Made by a program: the position numbers and the translations under genes
Notes under the pieces: model-generated
Seen by the model: the letters and a program-made list of their open reading frames with translations, nothing else
Told to the model about the DNA's origin: nothing
The model's database searches: none
Origin: Heterodontus francisci
Lineage: Eukaryota
Length of the DNA stretch: 64,000 nt
Direction of reading: 5' to 3'
NCBI RefSeq assembly: GCF_036365525.1
Contig: NC_090376.1
Span: forward strand, 38,187,075-38,251,074
Shown: positions 23,801 to 36,299 of the stretch, piece after piece
Layout of the letters: each line of letters starts with the position of its first letter
Position numbering within the stretch: the stretch's first letter is position 1

Positions 23801-25293
23801 GTCAGTTCCCTAAACCCGGATTGCACCCTCCTGTCAACTTTATTTTTGAAAATCTGGATGGAGGGAGGGAAGGGGGAATCATCATTATTTATATAACTTG
23901 TCGCATCTTCCAGGTTTGTAAATGAATCCTTTCATCCTCCAGTCAGGTTTCGCTGCTGGAGGTCGCGAAAGGGGTAACTTAAAGGATGAAACGATAATGT
24001 TAGGAAGTTTGAATGGTTGCAGCATTCAATGTACAAACACTCGTCAGCTCCCCTGGCTGTTACATTCCTGGAAACGAGAATGCAATCGATTATTTTACGC
24101 AACAAGTTTGCCAAATGTGCACCATAACATGCTTGGAATAGACAATAAATGCCTGACCGATTCGGGGGGGGGGGGTTTTGCTGATATTTTGGCCCTACTG
24201 TCATGATTGACATTTCTTTTCCTAACGGTAGAATTGGATTTGTATTGAAAGGTTGTTTGAGACTCGGTTCCCTGGTAAACTGGCCTCCAGCTGTGAATCA
24301 ACACTCACAATGTCCTGTGCTTTAAACAGCAATGCCAGACAGCACTGTCTCTTGGTGCTCGGCCTTTCACAAGGAGGATGTGTAAACACAGCTCCTCCGT
24401 GTTCAGGATGTTTTTTCACCCCCCCCCCCCCCCCAAACTTGAAGATTTTGTTCCCAAGATTACTGTTTCAGACTTTGACACGAAAATAGAACAATTAGCA
24501 GCAGCTAGACAATGTGACAGTGACTCAGCTGGTATGTCTTGGTGGAACTGCTTATGCATGCTGCAGTCTGAGGCCAGATGCTTATTTCAATATCATCTCA
24601 TTACTGGTTTGTGCAAAGCAAATGCTAGGATGACATCCAGTGTAAATCCATTGATTTTAACAGCCAGTTGTCAACTAAGCCAATGTAGATTGTGTTGTGA
24701 AGGACTTCAGAGCTGGACTGGGCTGCTTGCCATTAGTGTCTAGTCATCTTATTGTGAAGTCTTCACTGGGTCAGATCACACTGGATAATCTAAAAGTGAC
24801 TTTGGGCCAGCAATTGTTTGCTTTTTTGATGGGGAAGTTATTTATTTACAAAAAAAACTCCCACGGACCATGAGAATTTTCTGTAACTGCAGTGTTTCCC
24901 AGGCACATGTTCAACCAGTTAATTATAGCCTTTCAAAAAACGATCACCTGACTTATTATTTCTTTATATATAGGTTTCATTTTTATCTAGCTTACTTATT
25001 TGTATGCAAGTATTTTTTTTTATCTTGCTGTTATTTTGGAAAGAGAAAACATTGCATCAGTTTTGTCCCAACAGGTGTAAATTCCCAAGCTTCCCCAGGT
25101 GCTCATTAAAGTATGTGCAGTGAGTAGTTGAGCCGTGGAGACCAGGAAGCTTTGATCCTTGAGTTTACTGATGTCAGCCAGGGCAGGAGCAACAGGGATA
25201 CTTCAATTTCATTCACATTCCCACACCAGTCAGTGGAGCTCTGCTCATGTACTGAAGCATTCCTGCACAATCTCTACTTTCCCTAGAATTGAA

Positions 25294-25745
25294 GCAACAA
25301 CAATTAGCATTTACATAGTGCTGTTAATGTAGTAAGACATCACAGGAGTGTTATCAGACAAAATTTGACAATGAGCCACATAAAGAGGTATTAGGACAGG
25401 TGACCCACAGCTTGGTCAATGAGGTAGGTTTTAAGGAGCATCTTAAAGGAGGAGAAAGAGGTAGAGAGGCCAAGAGTTTTAGGGAGGGAATTCTAGAGCT
25501 TAGGGTCAAGAAACTGAAGGCATGGCCACCAATGACTGGAGTGAAGGAAATCAGGGATGCTCAAGAGATCAGAATTGGGGGAACACAGAGATCTCAGTGG
25601 GTTGTTGGGCTGAAGGAAGTTGCAGAGATAGAGAGAAGTGAGGATTTGAACACAAGGATGAGAATTTTAAATCAGAGGTGGTGCTGGACCAGGAGCCAAT
25701 GTAGGTCAATGAGCACAGGGGTGCTGGATGAACAGACTTGATGCC
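25294..25745 (-). mobile_element. L2-type LINE 3' end
   Basis: caacaacaattagcatttacatagtgc...acaaaatttgacaatgagccacataaagagg...ttttaaggagcatcttaaagg is the inverse of the L2 tail seen at 28230-28380. Confidence 0.75.
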
Positions 25746-26929
25746 AGAGCAGTGCATAGTCATCAGTATAACTAGTTTCAGCAAATTCCTATTGCTATGA
25801 AGCAAGCTCCAATGGCAAGCCAGTGCCCACAGTATAAAGGGCAATGAACTCTGTTTAAAGATTCTATTCAAAACAAAATTTCTTATATTCATGGATTGTA
25901 ATGATATTGGGAATTGCTTCTTCCCTCACCCAGCACACACACAAAAAAGCAAGGCAGACAAGTTCTGTGGTGTCACAAGTAACTCTCTACGAGACTGTCA
26001 GTGTCGGAACATATTTTACAAAGAGAAAGTAATGTGCAAGAAAGTTTTGGGGTGTGTGTGTGTATTTAATGAATCTTAAGAGGTGTGGGAACAGCTGTGT
26101 GTAGCAACAAAAATGAAATGCTCATCTTTAAGAAGTTAAATGTTTATTTTCCCTTATTCCAAATTACAATTACACCATCTAATGGGAGCAATTAGCTGCC
26201 ACAGTTATCATTCAAGCATGGATTGAATGATGCAAATCTTTTAAATAGCAAACATGTTTATTTTAGGTCAGTATATGAGCAGTATCAGCAACAATAATCA
26301 GAACGGGGTAGCATTCAAATAACATGTAAAGTACAGATTTCAGGCATTTAATGTTTCCTACATTTTAAAAATAAGTAACAAATTTAGTTTGACAAAAACA
26401 AAGGAGTCCTTGGGACTTAAAATGTGAACGAGTTAATTAGCCCAATTTCCTACTCCCTTGAGCATAAGCACAAAAGTGGATCACAAGGCTTGATAACTTG
26501 TAAAAAAGTGATTTGAGGATGACAAACAAAAACTAATGTGAAAACTGGCCTCTTTCCCACCTAAGAGCTGCCATATTATTAACATGTGTAGGGTGCTCCT
26601 CAAGTAAGTCACCATTCATAACTAATAAAATAATCTGTGTATTTTCCAAACAATTCTCTTTTATTTCTTCTCAAACTTTAAATAAATGTGATTTGGGTCA
26701 CCCCTTGATGGCAAAAGGTAGGCTGGCACAAAACTGTATAGATCCGAATGTCCCAGATTTAATTGCCACTCCTTGGCAAATTAATTGATCTGTCTAATCA
26801 TGATCAGACACTGCATTTGGCCTCAGCATCCTTGGGCTAGGGAGGGGGAAAGAAATCATGAGAACATACGTATTAAAGGAAAATTTGGCACAATTGATGC
26901 CGCTACCTGTTGAAAATGAATTGGTTATG

Positions 26930-28200
26930 AAGTAGAAGAACTCAAGGTGAAAACATCACCAGGCCTGAATGGCATGAACTCCACTGTGGAAAACCTCTTA
27001 TAATCCATTACTCAACATAAAATTAGTAAACATGCATTAATTAAGGAATTGTTAAAGGCAAGTCATGTTGTACAAATTTAACTGAGTGTTTTTGAAGAGA
27101 TGAGCATTTGGAAAGTTAGGCAGAATGCAGTAGATGGAGTGTCTTTGATTGTCAGAAGTTATTTGATAAGGTGTCTCACAAGAGGCTTGTTAGGAAAATC
27201 CAGGTGTACTGTATAGGAGAAAATGTACAAAATTAGCTGACAGACAAGAAACAAAGAGTTAAGGTAAATGGGTGTTGCTTGGACAGGAGATGGCTGCTCA
27301 GTGTAATATGCCTTAGAGGTCAGTGCTACGTTCACTTTTGTTCTAGGTATATAGATAATTTTGAGTTGCGTGTTGTGAATACAATCTTGAAATGTGTCAA
27401 TGACACAAAAGTGGAAGGGTTGGCAAAAAGTGAAGGTACTGTAAAAAAAAAATTCAGAAAGACATCAACTGATCAGCTTAATGTGCAGCAAGGTGCCAGA
27501 TGCAATCCAATATGGATAAGTGAGAAATAAAAACAAGGAATGAGAGTATACTTGAAGAATGTGGCTTAACAAAGAGATACCTAGGAGTTCAAATACATAA
27601 TTCCCTAAAGATGCAAGTTCAGGTAGATAAAGCCAGAAAAAAAAATAACATTTTGGGACATGGTGTGCAAGACTGAAGAAGTAATGATGAATTTATACAA
27701 AACATTGGTTAGGCTTCAGTTGGAATAGTTTGTATTGTTTTGGACATCCCTTTATAGGAAGGACATTAAAGCCATAAAGGAGATAACGTACACATCCAGG
27801 ATGATGCTAGAGTTGAGAAACTAAAGATATGAGGAGAAGACTTGAGATGCAGGGATAATTTTCACTGCAAGAGAGAAGGCTAAGAGCAGATTTAATAGTT
27901 TTTAAAATTATGAAGTGTTTTGATAGAGTGAATAGGAAAAGACTATTTTCTCTGGTTGGGGAATCAGTGACAAGAGGTCATCAAGTTAAAATTATCCCTA
28001 AGAAAATTAGAAGAGAGATTTCTTTACACAGAGAGCATGGAGTGCTTTGCCACAGGAAATTGGCTGATGTAGATCATTGCTTTTAAGGAAAATTTGGATA
28101 AATATTTGAAGCAGAGAAAGATACAAGGCTTCAGAGAGAGCACAGATCAGTTTTGAAATGCTCTAGCAAAGAGGTAGCACCAACACGATGGACATGAATA
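26930..28200 (+). mobile_element. Old, heavily mutated CR1 RT fragment
   Basis: SPGLNG, FDKVSHKRLVRKI, KCVNDTKV and the CR1 C-terminal remnant. Confidence 0.8.
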
Positions 28201-28229
28201 ACAAAATAAAGAACCTGTGTTTATATGGG

Positions 28230-28372
28230 GCTTTTCTCCTTATGTTGCTTGGTGTCAAATTTTGGTTGATAATGCTCCTGTGAAGCACCTTGGGACGTTT
28301 AACTACATGTGAAGCACCTTGGGATGTTTAACTACATTTCAGGCACTATATAAATACAAGTTGTTGTTGTTG
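28230..28372 (+). mobile_element. L2-type tail with a 29-bp tandem duplication
   Basis: gtgaagcaccttgggaygtttaactacat twice at about 28280-28337; ends ataaatacaagttgttgttg. Confidence 0.7.
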
Positions 28373-28699
28373 CTGTTGCTGTTCATGTCTTTAGGACATC
28401 TCAAAGTGTCTCACAGCTAATTAATTACTTTTGATGTGCAGTCCCTTGTTGTCTGGGTAAACACAGTTGATCATTTTCACATAGCAAGGTTCTACAGGAT
28501 GGATAAACGTTGGCCAGGCCATTTGGCTCATCAAACCCATGCCTTCTACACTTCACTCACATTGTTCCCTTTGTGAACTTCACTCCATGTCTTGAAGCTC
28601 TTGAGGGAAAGTCTTGCATAAATACATATGAATTAATGAAATAAGCTCCAGAATTTTAAATCCTGGATTTCTTCCCCTCACAGACAGCTTCCCAGCCCC

Positions 28700-29070
28700 A
28701 ATTCAAGGACAATTAGGGACGGGCAATAAATGCTGGCCTTGCCACTGATGCCCACATCCCATGACCAAATTTTTAAAAAGCAGCCTAGGAGAACTCCCAT
28801 GAAGTACTTGATCATCTCATCCTTTGGATGAGAAGTTAAACCAAGATCTCATCTGCCCTCTCAGCTGGGCATAAGAGATGCCATGACACTATTTGAAGAA
28901 GAACTTCCCAGAGTTCTTCCCAGAGTCCTGGCCAATGTTTGCCCCTCTACCATCATCACTAAAACAGATTATCTAGTCATTATCACATTGCTGTTTGTGG
29001 GACCTTATTATGTGCAAATTGGCTGTCATGTTTCCTACATTACAACTGTAACTACACTTCAAAAGTACTC
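28700..29070 (+). mobile_element. Zenon-like LINE/SINE 3' tail (28700-28780) followed by a Deu-type SINE body
   Basis: caattagggacgggcaataaatgctggccttgccactgatgcccacatccc, then cctttggatgagaagttaaacc...ctgccctctcag...catgacactatttgaagaag...ctacacttcaaaagtac. Confidence 0.7.
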
Positions 29071-29334
29071 TTAGAAGACTTCTTACCTAAGTCTATAATC
29101 ACCAATACACTGCCAACTAAATAACTAGTATGATTCTGCTGTAGCTATTTTGCAGGAACATAAATTTTTGACCATTTAGATGTCTCCTCTGACTTTCCGA
29201 AACCTGGAAAAGAGAATCTTCTTTAGTTGGCTTTATTTTATTTTCCAGTATCTTTAATGACAGACAACAGCTGAATTTTACACTTGGCCAACTCTTGTTT
29301 GTTACGATAAATCTATCTATAATATATTAAAAAT

Positions 29335-30100
29335 ATTACATAGAATCCACAGTTTCGAAACCGTGGCCAATACCAGTGTTTATACTCCAAGTGATCATTC
29401 TCCCATTTTAATGACCTGTTCCCTCCCTGCTCACATATCTCTTTATTCATTTCTCCCTCACGTATGCATTGAGCTTCCTCTTAAATGCACTAGTGCTATC
29501 TCGTTCAACCACTCCATGTGGCAGTGAGTTCTCACCGTGCTCTGTGTAAACAAATTCCTCGTAAATTCCATATTTGATCGTTTTATGGCAATCTTATATT
29601 AATGTCCTCTTGTTCTAGAGTCGCCTACAAGCGGAAACAGTTTCTCCCCATCACTCTGTCAAACCCCTCCAAGTCTGCTGTTAATTTTCTCTTTTCCAAA
29701 TAAAAGACCCCCAACCTGCTCAATTTTTCCTGATAGTTGCATCTTCTCAATTCAGACAGCATCAAGGTAAATTTTTCTGCACTTTCTTCAGTGATTCAAT
29801 ATCCTTTCTATAAATATGGAGATGAGAACTGCACACAGTTTTCCAAGAACATTCCAACTAAAGATCTATATAAATTTAACATTACCTACCTGTTTTTGTA
29901 TTCTATCCCTCTAGAAATGGACCCTAGCACTTTTCACTCTTTATGGCTAATAACCTGTAGTGATTTACTTATCTGTATTCCTAGATTTCTTTGCTTTACT
30001 ACCCCATTTAGTTGCTGATCTTCCAAGGTGCAAGTGGCCAACTTATTCCTCTTAAAATGAACCACCTCACACTTAACTATATTGAGTTTCATTTGCCTTC
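29335..30100 (-). mobile_element. Old CR1 3' fragment
   Basis: Degenerate inverse of the CR1 C-terminus (YCVQF-like gagaactgcacacagt) and 3' UTR. Confidence 0.7.
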
Positions 30101-31175
30101 CTGTATTATGGTGTGGTCAAAGAAAGTAAAAATCGGAAGTGATATAAAACGGGCTGTCTATCTTACGCTATTGCAGATATTCAAAATCTGCCTCACTGTG
30201 CAATATAATCGGAGAAAGACTAGATGAGTAATAACATAATAGAGCCACCAACCATGTACTGACAACCGCTAACAGTATAGAAGCTGTACCTTTGTAGGAT
30301 GGCTGCTCTGGTTTAATCCAGAGACTGCAAGTGTTTCACTCACCTGCTGTACAAACAGGCCCCACACACACCCACTATTTCTGTAAACTGTAGTGTCAAA
30401 TAATTAGTCATGGCTTGAAGAAATTCAGGCTGTTAATCGTGTCTTTAAGTTCATCAGTAGGGGTTAGAATTTCATTACTGTGCTGCTGAACACACTTCTA
30501 TCCCTTATGAACAGAGCTAGTCATCGGAAACAATGAGACAAGCCACCAGACTCTCTCAAAATTGCAGGAATAGTGGAGGTTATGAGATATTTTGTGTCTG
30601 TCAAGGGGGATGGAGACAACGCAATCTGTGAATATTTCAAATATGAAAAATTACATTCTCACTCCACGCTCCAGTTTTAGACAGCACTAAAAAGCTGCTG
30701 AGTTGCACCAAATTTGTACATAAAGGCTCCATGAACATTTTGAAAATCAGGTACAGTTTCTAATGCCTGTACTTTCATAAAATGCAACAGAAAAATAAGA
30801 AGCTGTAAGGAGACACTGCCATTTTGCAGGCTGCTCAAGGTAAAACTGACCTTGCTGAGAATTTAGGGAGACAGTTACCATCAATGGCTCACAGCTGCTA
30901 ACAACAGGTGAAAACAAATGGCTACAAAAATAACATTTGTTTGATATCAGAAAGGTGGTGAGCTCCCTTGTTGTACACAATGGTACGGAATTTGTGGTTG
31001 TAATGATGGCCAAACTGTCAGTGCTTGCTGTTATTACAACTGTGAAACTGACAGCAACTTCCGGTGTCTGCACTTACGCAGTTAATCACGGAAATCCAGA
31101 TGCTGCTGTCATTGATTCTTAGTGCTGTTGAAGTTCCACACAGATGGAAATTTTCTGAAATCACTTGAATTGAAT

Positions 31176-32648
31176 GATAGTACAATGCTTATGTTACTAA
31201 ACTTGTAATCCGGAGGCCTGGACTAATGATCCAGAGACATGAGTTCAAACCCCACCAATGTAACAAAGTGAAAAATTGCCCAGATATGTACTATCTGCAA
31301 GAGGCAGGACAAATCTAATCCATCCAATTACCACCTCATCAGTCCAATCTCAATCATCAGCAAAGTGATGGAAGGTGTCATCAACAGTGCTGTGAAGCGA
31401 CACTTAGTCACCAATAACCTGCTCACCGATGCTCAGTTTGGATTCCGCAAGGACCACTCAGCTCCTGACCTCATTACAGCCATGGTGCAAACATGGATAA
31501 AGAAGCTGAAGTCCAGAGATGAGGTGAGAGTGCCTGCCCAAGCCATCAAGGTAGCATTTGACTGAGTGTGTAATCAAGGAGCCTCTGTGAAATTGAAGTC
31601 AGTGAAAATCAAGGGGAACATTCTCCATTGGCTGGAGTCATACCTAGCACAAAGGAAGATGGTTGCAGTTGTTGGAAGCCAATCATCTCAAACGTGGGAC
31701 ATTGCTGTTCCTCAGGGCAGTGTCCTAAGCCCAATCATCTTCATTAATGATCTTCCCTCCAGCATAAGGTCAAAAGTGGGGATGTTTGCTGATGATTGCA
31801 AGGTGTTTAATTCCATTCACAACTCCTCAGATAATGTAGCATGCAGCAAGACCTGGACAATATCCAGGCTTGGGCAGATAAGTGACATGCAACATTTGCG
31901 CCATATTAAGGCCAAGCAATGACAACTTCGAATGAGAGCGTCTAAGCACCTTTCCTTGACATTCATTGGCATTACCATTGCCAAATCCTCCACTATCAAT
32001 ATCCTGGAGCTCACCATTGACCAGAAACTTAACTGGGCCAGCCATATGAATACTGTGGCTACAAGAGCACATCAGAGGCTGGGAATTCAGCAATGAGCAA
32101 CTCACCTCCTGCCTCCACAAAGTCTGTCCTGCATCTATAAGGCTGAAGTCAGGAGCGTGGTGGAATACTCTGCAGTTGCATGGTTGAGTGCAGATCTAAC
32201 AACATTCATGCAACTCAGTAACATCCAGGCCAAAGCAGTCACTTGATTGGCATCCCATCCACCACATTAAACATTCATTCCCTCCATCACCGGTGCACCA
32301 TGTGTACCGTCTACACAATGCACTGCAGCAACACGCCAAGGCTTCTTTGACAGCACTTCCCAAAAACATGACCTCTACTGCCTAGGGCAGCAGGCATGTG
32401 ACAACGTCACCAACTGCAAGTTGCCCTCTAAATCACACACCATTCTGACTTGGAAATATATCGCTGTTCCTTGATCGTGGCTAGGTCAAAATCCTAGAAC
32501 TCCCTACGTAACAGCATTGTGGGAGTGCCTTCACCACACAGACTGCAGAGGTTCAAAAATAAGGCTCACTACCACCTTCTGTAGGACAATTAGGAATGAG
32601 CAATACATGCTTGCCAGTGACACCCACATCTGATTAACTAAAAAAAAT
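31176..32648 (+). mobile_element. Internally deleted CR1/Zenon-like LINE: tRNA-like head joined directly to the RT region and 3' tail
   Basis: Head 31176-31258 with B-box-like GAGTTCAAACC at 31241. Then KIAQICTICKRQDKSN, VMEGVINSAVKRHL, PQGSVLSP, MFADD and the family tail. Confidence 0.85.
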
Positions 32649-32784
32649 TGGCATGCTCTTCCACTCTTACACTATTAGTCTCACTACAAGAGCCCTAGTA
32701 AAAGTTACGCCTTGTATCTGGGTTTTTAACAGCATACTAAGTTCATAACTACTGCAGAACAACCTCTCTGGCCTTGACACTACA

Positions 32785-34520
32785 AAGCTAGTTGGGAATG
32801 TAAACTATGAGGAGGACACAAAGAGGCTGCAAAGTGATATAGTTGGGTTAAGTTAATGGTCAACAAGGTGTCAGATGTATAATGTGGGGAAGTGTGGGAG
32901 AATCACTTTGCAAATTAATAATAGAAAATTATAATATTTTTAAAAGGTGTGAAACTTTTAAATATTGATGTTCAGAGAGATTTGGGTGTGTACTTGTATA
33001 AGGAGCCCAAAAAGTTAACATTCAGGTGCAGCAATCAATTAGGAAGGCAAATGGAATGTTGGCCTTTATTGCAAGGGGATTGGAATGGCATAACAGATAC
33101 ACCTGTATAGGGCTTCAGTGAGACCACACCTGGAGTACTGTGTGCAGGTTTAGTCTCCATCTCTAAGGAAAGATATACTTGCCTTGGAATGAAGGTTCAC
33201 TGGATAGGTTCCGGGGATGAGAGGGTTGTCCTATGATGAGAGGCTGAGTAATTTGGGCTTGTACTCTATGGAGTTTAGTTGAATGAGAGGTGATCTCATT
33301 GAAACATACAAAATTCTGAAGGGTCTTGACAGGGGAGACACTGAGAGGTTGCTTCCCCAGGCTGGGAGATCTAGAACATGGGGACACAGCCTCAGGATAA
33401 GGGGTTGATCATTTATGACAGATAAGGAGAAATTTCTTCACTCAAAGGGTTGTGGATCTTTGGAATTCTCTACCTCAGAGGGTAGTGGATGCTCCATCAT
33501 TGAATATCTTTAAGGCTGAGATAGATTTTGTCATGCAGGCCCCCACCTGCCAAGAATGAGACATTAATTTCTCTACATGAACATTAAAACTTAAAATTGT
33601 TACTAGGGAAAAAAGGGCCTATCACAAGGAATTGCCAGGCCCCTCACTGGAAAGACCTTTTTTTGCATACTAGCAGACAGTGTTGAAACAAAGGAACCAG
33701 TTCCTGCTTTCCCAAGACACAGAAGACGTGGCCAGACCAGTTTAGTCACATGACTAACTGGCTGTTGGAGTTTTTTGAATTTGAACTTGCCACAGAGTTT
33801 TTAAAACTCAGAAAGCTGTTTGCACTTGGACTGAAAATACCTCTCTCCTGTCTGCTCTCATCTCACTCTCACCAGTTTCGGAAACCATCGAAGACACATG
33901 AACCCCAAGAGAGAGAAGTCTCCTACAGTGAACAAGGTTTAAGAAAAATACTGGGCCCCAACAAAAAGCAAGATTACCTACAAGGAAGGACTCTGCAGCA
34001 AGCTCAAAGCACAGTAAAAAACCGTCTTCAGAGATTGCCTCAAACTTCTCCACTTTTTTCTTCTGCTCTTTTCTGTCTCTATTTGCATGTGTGTATCGCA
34101 TATGCATGCTAGCGTGGGGTGCAGCGTGTATCCGTAGGCGTTAATTTAATTAGAATTCAAGTTTAAGTTTTTAATAAATTTCACTTTTCTTCTTTAAACC
34201 TAAGAAAACCTGGTTGTGCTGGTTTCTTTGCCTTATAATTGGAAAGTGGTGAACAAGGATTCACCAAGGGGTAGCTCAAAACATGGTGTGTTGAAAAATG
34301 AAAACCTGTTACAATAAGATCAGGTGAAGGCTGAGAAAGACCCCTAGACACCTTTCTCACTTGGTCGTAACAATTTTGAACTCTCAGGGAATCAAGGGAT
34401 ATGGGGTCTGGCAAGAAAGTAAAGTTAAGGCAGAAAAGCAGCCATGATCATATTGAATAGTGGAGCAGGCTCGAGGAACCGTATGGACTCCTCCTGCTCC
34501 TATTTCTTATGTTCTTATGA
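32785..34520 (+). mobile_element. CR1 3' part, interrupted by a solo LTR
   Basis: ANGMLAFIARG, RPHLEYCVQ, RGDLIETYKIL. The 3' UTR resumes at 34373. Confidence 0.88.
33529..34372 (+). mobile_element. Solo LTR (844 bp), probably Gypsy-type
   Basis: TGTCATG...CGTAACA termini, 4-bp TSD ATTT (33525-33528, 34373-34376), AATAAA near 34173; interrupts a CR1 cleanly. Confidence 0.85.
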
Positions 34521-36299
34521 AACACTAATTGCAAATTTGTGGAATGTCGAATCTCTCAAAAATGATTTTAAAAAGTCCACAGAGTTTTAAAATAATTTTT
34601 TTATCAAGTTTGTTTATATTTCAGCTTCAACCTGATGTCTTTATTTCGCTGTCTGTGAAATGTTTAAAAGGTGAAGGATAATCAGTGGTTTTTACTTCTT
34701 GGTTTGCTGTCTGCGAGAGTTCTTCAATGTGATTCACTACTTAGCCCACTTGATGACATTACTGTTGCTGGAAGCCAGAGATCCACTGGAGCTGATGCCG
34801 GAACCAAAGTAACGTCGGGAAAAGGACGCCCATGGCACAGAGATTCCTAGATCTTTGTGGGCAGCTTTTTTTTTTAAGGTCATCAGCGGGCGCTGTCACT
34901 TTGCGGCTGACTGAAATCTGGGCCATGGAAACACAATATACTTCTGAAGTGACTGTAGCCTTCAGGTTCAGACAACAAGCCAATCAGCACACCAGCTAGC
35001 CTTTTCACTCTTTCAGGACCTATTTCAAGTTTTCATAAATGCGCTTCTGTTTAATCAAAAACCGCACAATTGTGCACAATAATTGGACAATGAAGTTATT
35101 ATCTGCAAAAGCTGAATGTTTTGAAGCTGTTTACTTACTAGAGTTGTCCTCAATCCAATGAGTACTGATCTGAATGAACCTTTCTGCATTGAATAGATAG
35201 GACCTGTCTTCTATTGTATAAAATCCCTCTCAAAAGTTGTAGACTTTTAATGCTGAATATTATTACAAGAGTCATTGAAATGTGCATAACTGCTTTCCTT
35301 CGTTAACAGCCTTCAGCAAAGCAAGATACAGTTCGAGTTTTTGTTTGGTGAGTGTGGTGCAGCTGCAGCCCTTAAAGAGTTTGTGTAAATATAACATTAT
35401 AAGATGTGGGGCAGTCTGGTGAAAGGGATCATGTTGAGCTACTGTGTTACATTTAATAGGCTAAAAGGCTGCACATGCTGACAAAACATGGCTTGGGATC
35501 TTGTTTAATATACAGCTGTTCAAAAGCATGTCAAAATGTTAACTCATATAATATGACTCCTTTACTGATATTATGATGTAAACATAAGCCAAGCTCCAGC
35601 TGTTGAAGGGCATCAGTTATTGGAGATGCCATTCTTTGTGTATGACTATCATGGTGATAATTTTAACCATTTTCCCCTTTTCCTCATTATTCTTATTTTA
35701 GAATTAACTCACCAATGGCCTTCCTGTTCAGTTCACCCCCACCCCTAACTATTTCTTGGACTTTGCTGGTGCCTCTGCAACATGACTGAAGAGCCCTCAC
35801 CAAAGTCATGAATGACATCCTCTATGATAACCATAGTGCATTATTCCTTCTCCTTGTTCGCAATCATTTTGCAGTCATAGGCTGGAGTTTTATCATATAA
35901 AAACAGGAGTCCTCTGAGGCGGCTGAGGTGTAAAATGGCGGGTGATGACATTGGGACGGGTCCCTAACGTCATGACGCCTAAATGCCATTTTGCACTGGT
36001 CGGATGGCAGGTGAGATCGAGGTGCCACTCGCCGTCCGCTTAGTGACAGTTAAAGGTCAATTGAGATAATAAACCACTTGACAAACATTTTGCGTTGGCT
36101 GTCAAATTTTACGAGTCGAAGGAGGTGTCAGGAACCCAGCAGCTTTAAAAGAGCGGCAGGCAGTGTCTCTTTAGGAACTTCGGAACATAGGAGCAGGAGT
36201 AGGCTGTTCAGCCCATCGAGCCTGCTCCGCCATTCAGTACGATGATGGCTGATCATCCACTTTAATGCCTTTTTCCCACGCTATGCTCATATCCCTTCT

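Larger units (their letters stand above)
30982..34924. mobile_element. Possible non-autonomous DNA transposon acting as host for nested LINE and LTR insertions
   Basis: TIR-like ends ggtacggaattt (30982) and aaatctgggcc (34914-34924). Non-LINE pieces at 30982-31175, 32650-32780 and 34520-34924. Confidence 0.35.

Noticed and set aside
23614-23925. 103-aa ORF as a complete gene
   Set aside because: It starts at a GTG; only 23680-23800 has family similarity and the rest is read-through past the splice donor.
24378-24743. 121-aa ORF near the exon as another first exon
   Set aside because: It crosses a poly-C run, has no recognisable homology and no convincing splice context.
25281-25300. ccctag|aattgaagca looks like the acceptor for the EIEAKEAC exon
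   Set aside because: It is one base short for the required phase, continues IEATTIS rather than IEAKEACDW, and runs into an L2 tail.
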